Positions 1-13,900 are shown, numbered from the stretch's first letter. The stretch: DNA of 64,000 nt from Harriotta raleighana (GCA_050575255.1 JBNZDD010013718.1:2472113-2536112); one strand, 5' to 3'. The notes: generated by a model from the letters alone, not told the origin. Numbers and translations: made by a program.

Positions 1-184
1 TGGCATCTCTAATATTTATAGCATGACTGTAAAATATATAATATTTATGGACACAGCAATTTTCTTAGCTTTCACAATAATAAAATATATTCCAACCAGT
101 ATTAATTTCAATAGACAGTTATTACCTGCAATCTCTAACAATTTTTTTAAAATTACAGCTGCTCACCATTCCAAAATCTATCAT

Positions 185-373
185 TGAGAGACCTAGGTTC
201 GATTCCAGGCAGAGCAAACCTTGAGCAAGCTTCCTTACTCCACCCGCCTAATAATTGACTGCCGCCTTTCGCCCACACATATACAGTCAATTCACTTTAC
301 AGTTCATTCTGTAAAGCGCTTTGAGACGTCTAGAAGATGTGAAAAGCACTATATCAAATGCAAGGATTATTAT
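185..373 (+). mobile_element. tRNA-headed SINE (young family A), 5'-truncated and internally deleted, ends at the assembly gap
   Basis: B-box-like GGTTCGATTCC, then the family body (ATATACAGTCAATTCACTTTACAG...CAAATGCAAGGATTATTAT) shared with more than 10 other copies in the window. Confidence 0.85.
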
Positions 374-936
374 NNNNNNNNNNNNNNNNNNNNNNNNNNN
401 NNNNNNNNNNNNNNNNNNNNNNNNNNNNNNNNNNNNNNNNNNNNNNNNNNNNNNNNNNNNNNNNNNNNNNNNNNNNNNNNNNNNNNNNNNNNNNNNNNNN
501 NNNNNNNNNNNNNNNNNNNNNNNNNNNNNNNNNNNNNNNNNNNNNNNNNNNNNNNNNNNNNNNNNNNNNNNNNNNNNNNNNNNNNNNNNNNNNNNNNNNN
601 NNNNNNNNNNNNNNNNNNNNNNNNNNNNNNNNNNNNNNNNNNNNNNNNNNNNNNNNNNNNNNNNNNNNNNNNNNNNNNNNNNNNNNNNNNNNNNNNNNNN
701 NNNNNNNNNNNNNNNNNNNNNNNNNNNNNNNNNNNNNNNNNNNNNNNNNNNNNNNNNNNNNNNNNNNNNNNNNNNNNNNNNNNNNNNNNNNNNNNNNNNN
801 NNNNNNNNNNNNNNNNNNNNNNNNNNNNNNNNNNNNNNNNNNNNNNNNNNNNNNNNNNNNNNNNNNNNNNNNNNNNNNNNNNNNNNNNNNNNNNNNNNNN
901 NNNNNNNNNNNNNNNNNNNNNNNNNNNNNNNNNNNN
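374..936. other. Assembly gap (563 N)
   Basis: Run of N; ORFs spanning it are artefacts. Confidence 0.99.
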
Positions 937-2820
937 GTGCGATGGCGGTATAATCCATCGCAAACTGTGAAATGTGTATTTGCTAACTGTAATTGTAGTG
1001 CAATGAACAGCACCTATTTATAGATCATGGAGCTTTTGTGGCTGATCTGAAGGGCTCTGACTGACCTCAAACACTCAAGTCAGCAGATAATACCCTTTAA
1101 GCTCGGTGATGTTTTTCTGCGTGTGTCAGGCACCAGGCTAACCCACCCAAAAAAAATCAGTGGATAAGTGTCCGGAATGAGGGCTCAAAAGAGTGTTACA
1201 TTCCCATGGCAACCCTGTATCGAACTCCAAGGATTTAGAAAAGGGGTTTATCAAACACCATGCAATCCAGAGCAGTGAGGAAACGTAGAGGTTCTCAATG
1301 CAATGATAAATGACTCTGAGCACTGTCATGAAGGCGAAACTCCAGACGGAACTTAATCTCTTTGACAAACAGATCATGAAGTCACTGCAGTTTCTTTAAT
1401 GCTGTAACAGCTTGCTCATGAAGGTTTAAGTGCTTGAAGTTTAATTCTCACTGTATAATTAAACTCAAATAAGTCTAAATGGAATACATACTGGGATTCA
1501 TACAGGAAGCAGTACCTAATATTTAAACTGGAGTTGTTTATGGAAGTGTTACTCTAGGATTTTACTGTTCACTTCTAGGAGCCGTTAAAGATTTTTATAT
1601 TTTATCTGTCTTTTTAACTTGGAAACAAGATTCCATGCTGTGTCAGAATATTGCAATGAAGTTGCATATCAGTTACATTTTTCCTCATGTGCTAACATTT
1701 GGTTTCATATTCAGTTCAACATTTTCTCACAACTGTATTTAATTGTGTGGAAACTATGATCACAACTATTTCACAGTTAAGGGCACTCTCGCTGCCAAGT
1801 CAGATAATTTTGTGTGGAGATGATAACAAACATCTTGTACCACCAGATATACAGGAGTCTCCCTCACCTGCTGTAGCTGGTGATTACTCTCTGTGTAAAG
1901 GAATAGTTTTCTGCTGATATCTTAGACTTTCAGAGTTTTATTTTGCGCTTTGCAGCCTTTACCCACTGACCTGTAGGAGAAAGATAATTTCTGGGACCAA
2001 TGAAAGACCGGTCCATTTTTATAAACCCAGGAGTTTGTGGTTTTCTTGTTTTATACCATTGCACCTTATAGTCGGTGTCAGCTAATCCCAATATCTTTAT
2101 TTGAAATCTTTACCATGTTTGTTAAACACCAGATCAGACACATTAACTAGACTTAATCCTCTCAGCTACTTTGCTGGAAAAGCTAATCCTTTGGTGCCTG
2201 ATTTTGTGACTGGACACAAATTTCAAACACATCCCAGTGCTAAATACATCAATACAACCTTACAACATTTCAATAATTTAGCGAGAAATGTAGTTAAGAA
2301 TATTACATCCCAACAAAGTACTTGTTCTGTAACTGACATTTTAAAAAATGACGTATTCTCCGATGGAACAAATAAAATTTGAGTGCATTTTCAACTCAGT
2401 TTGTGTGTCTTGTGGGAATTTTGATGCTCATGAAAGAGACACATTTTGGTGCTGCAGAACGGATTGCTTTTTGAAATTTGACACTGAAGCGCCGCAAATT
2501 CCATCAGGGGGTAAAACGTACGTGTTTTAAAATCTGAGAATGTGCAGAACTGTTCGAAAATTCTTCAGAGCAGTCTTACATTTCCAACCAGGTTGTCATA
2601 GTTCTAACCATCCCTTGCCAAGCTCAGACTCCCAGTTCAGTGAAGAGAACCACTTTGAGACGTCCTTCTGACATGAAAGGCCCTACATACATAAATGTAA
2701 ATCGTTGACTCCAAAATTTAAGTTGAATGTAAGAATGTCTCACAATTCTGCACCATCTCAGATTTTAAGAGAAAAAAACATTGTGAGGGTTTCACATTTT
2801 AGGATAGATAATAAATTTAC

Positions 2821-2906
2821 CTTCCAGAGCATACTTCATGTCCTGGGCAAACAGTTGCCACATAACCTCAGCACTTATTTTTCCCATATTAAGTTCTTGA
2901 GGGAAC
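2821..2906 (-). CDS. UNC13C: UNC13C coding exon, 86 nt ([28 protein letters not shown]), MUN/MHD1 region; last exon found in the window
   Basis: Acceptor tttcag|G, donor G|gtaaat; phase 2 start fits the CA| end of the 8072 exon; peptide closely matches recalled vertebrate Munc13-3. Confidence 0.95.
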
Positions 2907-3284
2907 CTGAAATGCAATCATATTCCATTAGTTCAATTTAACTTTTGAAACATGGTGCAATCATAACATACACTTTTAAAGCAGAGAACATTGGAATCCA
3001 TTGCATTCTGCAAAGAACAAGGATGTATTTCACGCATATAGTTTTTCTTTGGGATATTCTTGGTATTGGGATTTCTTGAGATTATTTTTCACTCAGCTAC
3101 TGATTACATTTCTTGCCACAGAATGCCATGCACATCATGCCAGGGGGACGAAAATGAGTCAGTCTCCACAAAATCTGAGCCAAAGGAGTCAACTGGGTCA
3201 CAGTAATGTTCTAACATGTTGGGTGAAGAAAACTGAGCAAGCGACAATGTCAATGCATGTAATAAATTTGTGGCAAACATGGAA

Positions 3285-3394
3285 ATTTGCAACAAAAACA
3301 GAATTTGCTGGGAGCACTCGGCAGGTCAGAGAGCAACTATGGAGAAAGGAAAAGTGAGTCAACGTTTTGGGTCCACGACCTTTCGTCAGAACTG
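3285..3394 (-). mobile_element. Penelope-like terminal repeat fragment with degenerate hammerhead-ribozyme core
   Basis: Minus strand reads CTGACGA-aa-GGTC-gtg-GACC-caaaacgtt (hammerhead CUGANGA / stem II / GAAA, with the G mutated); same family as 20345, 23535, 36545 and 45509. Confidence 0.6.
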
Positions 3395-3994
3395 AACGGA
3401 AATGGCATGGAAATTTATAATGGATCCGTTTCCACACATATATATGGACTGTTACATCTTTAATCGTTCCCCTTCTTGAAGCAAGTTCTTCTACGTGGCA
3501 GAACTTATTAAAAGCGCTGTCTGAAGCGGAGGATTTTCCAGAGCTACTTAGATGCCCCGTGAGATAATGATTTGAAAACATGCCAACACCCATCAATAAT
3601 AGTTTTAGCTGATATGCATCAACTGGAGCAGATGTGGTGATTGATGATCCACAGGCGTTTCTAAAAATACAGCTCCTGGTTGGAATCAGAGCAGTCTCTA
3701 GGTTGCAGGTTAGAGATACATGATGCAGCAAAAAAGATTTAGAAGGATTTATATGTACTGCATAATTGGGCAGATAAATAATTGGGCTTTATCAAAAGCA
3801 AGTGTTATTATTATAACATAGCATTTTAGCAAAGAAAATTGTGTCAATAATAAACAATAATAAAACATGAAACTTTTTATATAATGAAGAGGATTGAATT
3901 GGTAGAGACATAGAAATTAATTTGGGTACACTCATCACATTAAGTGTCAGAATAGTATATTAAAGCAACAAAAAAGCAAATAAAATGTTTGATA

Positions 3995-4332
3995 TATATA
4001 GTGTAGACAGTGGGAGACTGTTTCCCCTGGTTGAAGAAGCTATAACTAGGGATGACAGTTTTAAGATTAAGGACCTTTTCGCAGACAGTTGAGGAAAGAC
4101 TTCCTTCGCTCAGAGGGTAGTGAATTTATAGAATTCTCTACCCCAAAAGGCTGTAGATGCTCAGTCCTTGATATTGATAGACTGAAATTGATAAGATTTC
4201 TTAGGGATTAAGATTATCTGGGGATAAAACGAGCAGGTGGAGTTAGATTAGAAGATCAGCCATGATGTTATTGAATTAAGGGGCCGAATGGCCTACTCCT
4301 GCTCCTAATTATGTTCTTATCTTATGTTCTTA
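3995..4332 (+). mobile_element. CR1-type LINE 3' end (end of ORF2 plus 3' UTR)
   Basis: Degenerate CR1-like coding tail (TTCCCCTGG...CAGAGGGTAGTGAATTTA), then AGATCAGCCATGAT...GGCCGAATGGCCTACTCCTGCTCCT and a (TTATGTTC)n-like tail. Confidence 0.75.
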
Positions 4333-6384
4333 TTTATTTAAAATTGCAGGATATCATTCTAGAGTTAGACTCTTCTACAGTCTAGAAAAAAAAGTAAGTC
4401 GAGAGGAGAAGTAATTGAGGCAATATTAAAGAGTTTAGACAATAAGCCTGAAATGCTATTTTAAATTAAATAAAGGAAAAGATAGCTAGAAAGCATTACA
4501 CTGCATAGTGAAACACAGACATTAGGAATAGTGCTAAACGTTGGGAATAATCTCAGTTAGAGGATCAGAGCCAAAACATTAGGATTGCTGAACCATCAAA
4601 TCAGTAGCTATTCCGGATAAATTGGTAATGCTTCTGCTGCCCAATACTTTCCCCCTCGTCTCATTCAATGATAAGGGCCAATGTTGACTAATGATCCAGT
4701 ACAGATTGATCCAGTTAGGACCTAAAATAACCTTCTGCACTAAACGCATATCGATGAAATTCTAAACCCATTTCCAAAATGTAAATTTTTGACTGGATTT
4801 CAAAGAGTGGCAAAAAAGACAATAATTTAATGGTTTCAATCATTTGCAGAGAATAATAAAATCGAAAACAAAATGAGATCTTAACCTTAAGGATGCCAAC
4901 GAATCCCCAATCCGATCATGTCATCAATGGAGGTTACGCGCTTTGCTTGGTGTGACTGGTGATCAACTTATTGAACTAAACAAAACCCGAATACAGTGCT
5001 TGTCACAATAAAGTGAGTTAAGAATTTAAATGAAATTTTAAGACGACTGCCATGATAGGGTCCAGTGAGAAATGAATCATCAAAACAATATATTAAATAT
5101 ATATTAATAGCAATATACTACTTAGATATATAAAATATATAATTTATAAAACTAACACTAATATATAAAACTAGAATACTCTCCCAAAAGGCATATCTTT
5201 GTGCACAAACCTACACTGCAAGAATTCTATTTATTGTCAAACAATAATCCTAATAAATTTTACTTTTAGCAAATAAATACTTTACACTGTATCTAGGTAT
5301 TTTTATATTAATCTGACACCAAAAGGGTACACTGGAACAATGCAGGAATGTATAATAATGGGCATAAGGGAGAAGAGAAGCATTTACAAAAAGTAAAATT
5401 TTTGTTCTGCCTTATCTTGGAGAATTCATCTTGACTTGATAGCTTATTGAATGGTCAAATTAAATTATTCAAAATGATAGGAGGTTTTGTCAAGATCACG
5501 CCTCAACGGTCTAGAATAGCTAGAGCATCAGTACTGCAAACCCTCGACATACCTCACAGCATACCTTGAACAAAGTCAGAGTATAAAGCATTAGTCTGAA
5601 TTCACAGAGTGAAATAGTAATGCTGGTATTAAACATGTAAGAGTCTTTCGCAAATGGTATTTGAAAGCAATTGGGTTGAAATGTTTCTAATAGTGCTCTT
5701 CACTGCAATGATGGATCGTGCACAAAGCTTGATCTTATGCTGAGTTCAATCTGGTGCACTCTGCTAGAGCATTGAATGGATTTTGTGCCCCAAACAGCTG
5801 TTGTAGAATGAAAAATCATAATGATATTGCGGAACAGAATGAATAGCTATGCAAACACTCAAAAACAACTTTTTAATCTCAGGTAGAACGCCGTTTTGTA
5901 ATACAAAATCTCCTATATATTTATATCCCCTCCCCCGAATAGCTATTGTTAAATAATTCTAAGAGTAGTTCATTTACAGTAAAGGTTGCTCCTAGAAATT
6001 TTACTGCATTTGTTTCGAGCCTAAATACATAATCTTTGTCCTAACGACCAAGGCGTCATAATCCCTAAGGGAAAAAAAGCATGGCGGCAAACAGAGCATA
6101 TAATTTGCAGCTGGATCTAAATCAATTGTGTATTCACTTAAAATGGTTTGGAATAGCTGAATAACCCACAGAGCTCCTAGCCATGTTAAGGTGGCAACAG
6201 GGCAACTCCAAAACAAATGAAATTTTCAGAATCAATTTCCATTCGAACATCAGGTAATCTGAAAATCCTGCCAATTTTCCTGGGTGGCTCACACTTCGTG
6301 GACATTTGTAGCTGTGTTGAGACTGAAAAGGACCAAATACTGTAATGAGACAAACGCTGCAGCATAAGAATTTTTTTTTGCAGT

Positions 6385-6700
6385 TCGCTGCACTCAGTCT
6401 GCCTCCCCCGACCCACCGGCCCCACCATTAGCGGGTGAGCCTTCAGCCACTCTGTAATTTTGTTTGTTGCTGATGTTGTTTCTACGTTATTCCAAGTGAA
6501 GGGTGCTGTATAAACTCAAGTTGTTGTTGTTGTTAGTCACCCACAAATATACGGTCAATTTTTTCCTACTTTCCTTCCCCCAATCCCTACCTCCCACCCC
6601 ATCCCGCTCTGATCCCTACTTGACCGTACAGCACCTTGGGATATCCTCCCGACGTGAAGGTCTCTATATAAATGTAATTTTGATTGATTATTGTTGTTGT
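6385..6700 (+). mobile_element. L2-type LINE/SINE 3' fragments (two tandem tails)
   Basis: Two tails ending ...GTGCTGTATAAACTCAAGTTGTTGTTG and CCTTGGGATATCCTCCCGACGTGAAGG...TTGTTGTTG; the same tail recurs near 9363, 13535, 15340, 20175, 43390 and 58585. Confidence 0.6.
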
Positions 6701-8071
6701 CTTCTCAGGCCACCAGAGGCTTGTTGCCTACACTAGAACGAGCATTTCCTAGCTATCAGAATATAATGATGCTAATAGAACCTTCGCTCTTATAAATTTA
6801 GGTAAAAGTAAAAGTACAACACAATTGATTTGTGGTCCCAAAACGAATGCAGTCTGAACATTCAACCAAATGAGAAGCAGTGATTTGTGTCCTTGGCAGG
6901 GATATGATGAGTACCAGGCTTCAAGGCACTAGGGAGAAATTCCACCTGGATCTAGATTTACTCTGTGATGTGGCATTTTAGTACACCTAGGTTTTGGCAA
7001 GCTTCAAACACAGCCTTAATATTGTGACAATTCTTAAAAGATACTAGGTACAACCAAAAATTAAGCCTGAATTCGACAATTTCCCTAATTCTGCACACAA
7101 TAAAATGATACATAAACAAAGTAAATTGAGACCCAGGCAATCTATTATAATGAGGCTAATTAGGAATATATAATATATATTAATTTCATTAATATTCTTG
7201 AAGGCAGCTCCTCACAAGAAACTAAATTTAGGACAGTATCAATTGTTCCATTAAAACTGCAGTAACATTTTTATATAATCACAATGGACATTACACATGG
7301 AATCAAGTCTTTTGACGCAACTGTTGTCTGCCACTGTTCATACCTCACATGAGCCTCCACTGTTCCTAATCCTTTGTTCCATTCCCTTACAGTCCCTCTT
7401 CCTCATGTATGCATTAAGTTCTCTCTTAAATACGTTGATGCTTTGTGCTTCAACCACTGCTTTTGGCACATTCACTCTTGCACACCCTCCATGTGAAAAA
7501 TGTCCTCCTTACCCCTCGTTTAGAATCGGTTACTGGCTAAAGGATTGTTATTGAGCTATTTCGTTTGCTCGTCACATGGGAAGAATCTCGTTGGCAAAGA
7601 ATTTTCCAGCATTAGATAACACAAGAAAGAAACAGTGCTGAATGCAAGCTCTTGTGACATCTGACAGCTGGGCAAGCTATGAACAGAAGCCAAGAGACAC
7701 ATGGAACAGCAGGTCTTCTGGGGAGGAAGTGAGGGGAATCAGTCCTGAGCTGTATTATTAGTACCAATACACAATGGCATCATTATTAATTTGATTTAAT
7801 CCCGTGTTTGATCACAACACACAGGCGTTTGATAAATAGAAGAAAAAATTTTTTTTTTAAAAAGCTTTTAACATTTAAAGCAAACAGTAGCTGAAGACTT
7901 AAATTTAATTCTGTTTCAAACCAGGGGTTGCACATCACATTTGATTTGGTCCGGCCGGTGTATGATATACCCAGAAACCCATCATCATGCCTCAAATGAC
8001 ACTTTACAATACAAATTAGCTTGTATGGAGTAACCATATTTGAAACACCCAACTTAGAATCCCCAACTTAC

Positions 8072-8205
8072 TGATTCAGAACTGGTGTATAAGCTGTTTT
8101 ATCCTCGTCGACACAAGAGACCATCAGAGTAATGAGCTTAGGCCAGAAGTCCAGGTTTTTGATGTTTGGGCCTTGCTCCTCCCGAGGAACCTCCTGTTTT
8201 TTACT
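8072..8205 (-). CDS. UNC13C: UNC13C coding exon, 134 nt ([45 protein letters not shown])
   Basis: cag|AGT ... CA|gtaagt; phase 0 to 2; MUN-domain peptide. Confidence 0.95.
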
Positions 8206-8502
8206 CTGTCACAGCAAAAAAATAAATCTTGTCGTTAGTATAAAATACCTTAAAGCAAACTGAAATAGCCAAGAAACTGAAAGCCAACAACTACGTTCCT
8301 GTATATGTGTCTGATTGTTCAATCGTGATTCAAGTGTTCGAGTTTTAACAGCCTTCCATTTTGTAGTAGTGTTACATATTTTCCATTCATAATCACCAGT
8401 TGTTAAGAGTTGTAGAAGTCTTTAGCCCTTTCCTCAAGAAACAAAACAATGTTTCTCCTACAATGTCTTCTTCAAGGTCATTCATCAACATTATGATAAT
8501 TA

Positions 8503-8736
8503 AATAATAATAATAATCTTTGCATTTGATATAGCTCTTTCCACGTCTTCTAGACATTTCAAAACGTTTCACAGAATGTGCTGTAAAATAAATTGACTGG
8601 ATATTTGTGGGTGAAACATGGCAGTCAATTACGCACAGCAGTGATCCACAAACAATCGTGCATTAAAATGGCCAATTTTTTTTGGAGGGATTATTATCAG
8701 GCGTGTGGAGTAAGGAAACTTGCCCAAGGTTTCGCT
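8503..8736 (-). mobile_element. SINE family A, 5'-truncated
   Basis: Reverse complement of the family body with (ATT)n tail. Confidence 0.85.
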
Positions 8737-10281
8737 TTAGGAAATACAATAAGAACTGAGCACTAGAATGATTCACACAATACTCAACTGATGTCCACTT
8801 AGAACAATTATCATTGAGAACCCTCACTGTTATTTGGCTGACTAATAATCCAATTTACAGTTTTACTATCAAATGCCACAAGCTTCTACTCTGATTATAT
8901 GTCCTGGGAGAGACCTTGTCAAATACTTACAAGTTCTGTTAATATCCTCAACACAGTCCCATCCAAAAACATTTGTTAGATCAAAGATATCAATATATTT
9001 GATGGGTGTATCCAGCCCAGTCCAATTTATAGTCCAATTTATAGTGCCTTTGCCTTCACAAAAGGCTCCTGNAAGATATCAATATATTTGATGGGTGTAT
9101 CCAGCCCAGTCCAATTTATAGTGCCTTTGCCTTCACAAAAGGCTCCAGAAAAGGCTTCCTATATGCTGTATTTGGCTCATTTTCTCCCTACATCAAGTTA
9201 TATGGAAAGCAAGCCCACTGATAAATATCACTGTCGTTGAGATGGGGAAATGTATGGGTTCAATGGACAAACTTGTTGTTTTTCCAGAAGCTTGACACAG
9301 ATAAATGCCCAAATAAATGCCTACAATACAAATGCCTACATTACATCGCCTATCTTTCAGTGCCTTGGGACGTCCTCCCGACATGAAGGGCGCACTACAA
9401 ATGTAATTCTGTGGTGGTTTTGTTGTTGTTACACAGTTTGACAGGGTCATTTCACAAATCACTTTTAAATGCATCAACATTACTGATTTGTTTGTTAAAC
9501 TGCACCGGTGTCAAAAATAAGACACAATATATATTAGCTCTGAACACAAGGTAAATTTGCATAAATTAGCTTCACATTTTTAAAAGAGCAGTCCAAATAT
9601 TTGCCATTCACAAAGGAGAACTTCCAATTAATTTGGCATGCTCATTATTTGGAATGAAATGATTCATTAAGTACCCAGGAGTAGAATAGATCATTGATTT
9701 CATTCAAGTGTTGTTTGTCACCTTCTCCGTGTGACAATCTTTGCTATTTCATTTGAATCAAATGCATTCCTGCAGCAACAACTTTTTCTATTTGGGATTT
9801 AGGATTACTGCAGCCGTAATGTCGCAGGCAAATCACGCAGTGATATTTGGAATCATGTAAATACAAAAATAGGCAATTTGTTTCCCTTGGTTACAAAGAT
9901 GCTGCCTGTTCAATTGATTTAAATAAATTATAAATGCTCCATACATTTGGGATCACACCTTTCACTATGTCAGGAGAACAGCTCAAAGTGATTTGTTGGA
10001 TTTACAGTAAAGTGGAGTGATTGTATACCTTGTAGGCAAAAGCGGCAGTCAATTTATGAAAAGCAATATCCCACAAAACAGTTTAAAAAGGTAATCTTGG
10101 GTAAAACATATTTGAAGCACTTTGCAGTGTACTTTTGAAATACATTTATTGTGGACCCTGGTCTTTTATTACAGAGGTAGATACAACATTTGTTAAATAG
10201 TAGCTTGCAAGATGAATAGCCTTATAAGCACTTAATCTTTGAATCTAGTAGTTCTATAAGAAATGGAGAAAGATTTGTTAC

Positions 10282-10410
10282 CTGATCTAGCATCTGGTTA
10301 TACAGATCATGGCAATTGTCAAAAATATACTTGTAAGTTGAGTCCAAGCAAGCTTTTACACAGTCTTTCACTACCGAACTTGCCCTTGGAGGACTCTGCA
10401 GCTCCTGAAC
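10282..10410 (-). CDS. UNC13C: UNC13C coding exon, 129 nt ([43 protein letters not shown])
   Basis: cag|GTT ... CAG|gtaac; phase 0/0; MUN domain. Confidence 0.96.
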
Positions 10411-10691
10411 CTGAAATGGACAAGGATCAGTCAGTAATTTCCATCTACAGATAACACAGACTTTTTACTCCACCACATTACAGCTGTAATAGGGTCAAGT
10501 CACTTGAGGAACCTGCCCTGTTGAAGGTATTGATTTGAGCGAGCATACACAGCGCATGGAGCAGAACATAAAACATTCTCCTTTACAACATATATGATCA
10601 CGATTAACAATGAACAGACCAAATTTGGCCTCGCTAAAAATGGATGCTTTGCTTTCCGTGGAAAGTAAGTGGGATAACAGTAGTGTCTCAC

Positions 10692-10781
10692 CTTCATTCG
10701 GAAGAACGTAATGCTGGTTAAGAGATCAACTGTTGACTTCAGGTCCTGCAGTCTTTCTGGGTTAACTGCAGGAAAATTATC
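10692..10781 (-). CDS. UNC13C: UNC13C coding exon, 90 nt ([30 protein letters not shown])
   Basis: cag|GAT ... AAG|gtgag; highly conserved Munc13 peptide, visible inside ORF 10500..11009. Confidence 0.97.
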
Positions 10782-11799
10782 CTGGGAAGGGCAATGCAGA
10801 AGAGGTTTTTTTTTGTTTGCTTTAAAGCTGTGAAAACAGCCACTTGACATGATATGAATACAAGGCCCAGTTTGGTTGCAAAGGTTACCTGTTAACACAC
10901 TGTCTTTATTAATAGGCATAATAAGGATATCATGAGAACAAGAAAGATACTGAGGGTTGAAGGATCTTTCTTCATGCAACAGGAAATTATAAGATGAACA
11001 AGTTGTCATTCTGGCTACAGCCCATATGATATCACTGACTATTTATTAAAAAATAATTCAGATATTTTGAAAATTTGACAAACAACACATCACTAATGAA
11101 AACCAACACGTTTCCCCCACCAAAATCTAAAACAGACGAGATTAACCAACAGATGTTCCACGGGTAAGATTATAAAACAAGTCACCCCAAATCTATGCAA
11201 TTTCTTACTGCAAAATGGCAGAGTGGAGGATTTCACTGGGGGTTTTTGCACTTTGTGTAATTTACAACAATAAAATATAAATCGGCAGCTATAGTTGATA
11301 ACTTGATAATATCTTGAAATTATGCGTTCTTTGTTTTTTCCACTCTTGATCTGTCAATCTTAAATATACTCTATATGAAGAATGTGTGGAAAGATGGTGT
11401 GGGACTTTGTTTTTAGGGTGAATTAATTATTTACCTGTCTTCTATAGCTACGTACTTTGCTTGCCGAACTACATTTGTCTGCAATATCAAATTGTTCAAA
11501 ATGACTTCTACCTGCTTTCAGGAACAAGAGAGGATATTTTATAAGCAGGTGCAGCTGGGAGCAATCATAATGAAGATGGATATCTTGCAATTGATGTTTC
11601 CTGAGAAAGTCTGTTGGGGCTCTGAGGGACTCTGACCCAATTTAAGCTTGAATAAAGCCAGGATCATCTAATGACTGTTAAGATTTGTGTTCTCTCCTCA
11701 AGTGCGCATCAAATGGCAAAACCTGCTGGCAGAGTTCCACAGACTGAGGAAACAGTAGAATGTTCTGAATATCAATCAACAATTATTGTCGATTCTCTT

Positions 11800-11963
11800 C
11801 ACTTGGTGCGCCAGGATTTTACAGTGCGGGTGAACTGATGTCTTGATGCGACACAGTTGATGTAGAGCCTTGGCAACTCAGCTGAGAGACCCCCGAAGAG
11901 TTACCAGCTCATCTAGTGTGCCATCGACACCAAAAAGAAGGATTATAATAATAATAAGAATAA
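11800..11963 (+). mobile_element. Probable retroposon 3' end (RTE-like?) with (AAT)n tail
   Basis: GC/CpG-richer segment ending in GAAGGATTATAATAATAATAAGAATAAT; family assignment uncertain. Confidence 0.35.
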
Positions 11964-12386
11964 TCCTTGCACCAAGCCGAACGTTTGGATATTTGTACTG
12001 TACCTGGATTCAAAATGTTTGATCGGATTGTTATTTTCATTATTGTTATTTCTGTGTCATTTCTCAATATATATGCCTAATAATTTAGTCTTTATTATAC
12101 TATTCGGTGACATAGCATTCGGGAATAGGATCAAAACCACTTTTGCAGGGACGTGATGCTCTAGTGCATGACTGGATACTAAAATGTCACTCAACAATTC
12201 GACCGATGCAACCATTCCATCGATGCAATTTCTCCCCACATTAATTTTCATATATATGACCTTAGAAAACAAAAATAAAATGGTAACCTTGTCACAGTAT
12301 GTTGTGACAATTTTTCATGGCCACTTCCAACAGCAAGCATGCCAGTTGTGTTTGAAATGGATCAGGTTCCTTTCTGATGTACATAC

Positions 12387-12455
12387 CCTGTATTTAGAAA
12401 GATCAATCCTCAATGAATTGTGCAATTGATCGAGTAACTTTATAAATCGTTCCCT
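12387..12455 (-). CDS. UNC13C: UNC13C coding exon, 69 nt ([23 protein letters not shown])
   Basis: cag|AGG ... AGG|gtatgt; phase 0/0; conserved Munc13 peptide. Confidence 0.96.
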
Positions 12456-13534
12456 CTGTAAAATACATGAAAAAAATGTTTCTTCTAGAAATAAATTACA
12501 GTATAGTGACTCTAAAACGATTTTAATGGTCTGAACACAAATAATTTGGTAAATAACAGTGACATATGGTTCAATAACTGCAACTGTGCCATTCTTGTTC
12601 TTTACATACTTGTAAAAATATTAGTAAGTAATTAAATTTCTATTTGAAATTTGCAAAGTGCTTTTTCTTCAAATTCCATTGCAACTACTGCAGTTTTTAT
12701 TATTATGTCAGCAGCAGAAATAATTTGATTCACAGATATTTATTCCATTCTATAATCCCATAGAAATAAACTGCATTTTGGAAATGTTAATGCAAACGGA
12801 TATATACTGAAAGGATTACCAGGCTTTTAATTTTGCCTTGTTTTGTTCAGAAAGACAATTGTGTTGCTCCAGGAAGAATAGGGATGACAATGTCACATCT
12901 CCAGAACTCTCTGTGCAATGTTTCAGGCAATTCCAACAAAATAATCTATGCTTTGTTCTGACACAATCACATAATTTGAACACTCACATTTGTTTAAACC
13001 ATTCACAATTCACTTCCATTTTAAAATAAGCAAAACATTGAAGAAATCCAATTGTTTTTCTCCAGGAGAAAAGTGGTAAATATATAATATATAAAACACA
13101 ACAACAGGCCTGTCCTAGTTTCTCCAATAGCACATACTTTTTTTAAATAAATACAGTAGATAGGTGATGATTTCATGAAATTGCCTCAATAGATAGATTT
13201 TATGTCTAGGGGGATATGATTACAATTATACTTGCTGGTACATCCAACATCATAAAAATGCTTTACTGGGCAAGAACAATACAAACATTATTTTCATTTT
13301 ATTTTCCAGTAAGTGTCTGTAATAAAATAAATCGCAGCATGACTTTTGTTGAAGAGTGTGGAATTTAGAAAACCAAAGAATTCCTCTGGTAACTTGGCCA
13401 TTAATAACTGGTATTAATTGACCAGTCATCTCCTTGGTGTGGGGGCATTAATCTCATTGCTTTTTGGGGTGTAAACAGCACTGACTAGTTGTGTTTTCTT
13501 GCTCATGACTGATCACTACAACACGTGCAACTAT

Positions 13535-13900
13535 ACAACAACAACAAAATTACACTTGTATAGCTTCTTTTACATCGGGAGGACATCCCAAAGCCCTGAA
13601 CAGTCAGATCGGGACCCAAGCAGGGAGAGAGGGCCAGGGTAGGGGGAGGTGGAAGGAGAGTGAGAGAGGGGGAAGAGTCAGAGGGGGAGCCAAAGGCATG
13701 GTTGAAGAGGAAAGTCTTGAGACCAGCCTTGAAGGAAGAAAGAGAAGAAGCAAGATGGAGGGACTGCCTCCAGCCCGGCCACCAATGATTGGGCGGTTAG
13801 GGCAGTGGACGCAGAGCAGGCCTGCGTCTGCTGAACGGAGGGTGTGGGCGGGTTGATAGGGAGACAGCAGATCAGAGAGATAGGCAGGGGCAAGGCCGTG
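13535..13900 (-). mobile_element. L2-type LINE 3' fragment
   Basis: GC-rich block; the minus strand ends with the shared tail GGGATGTCCTCCCGATGTAAAAG...TTGTTGTTG preceded by a degenerate L2-like coding end. Confidence 0.6.

Noticed and set aside
221-1023. Six 200-250 aa ORFs
   Set aside because: They are translations through the N gap flanked by SINE sequence.
3198-3731. 177-aa minus-strand ORF
   Set aside because: Non-ATG start, runs through a Penelope-like repeat, no recognisable motif, and not needed between the phase-matched 8072 and 2906 exons.
8984-9150. Tandem duplication of ~80 bp
   Set aside because: Near-identical copies separated by a single N at 9072; typical contig-overlap artefact.
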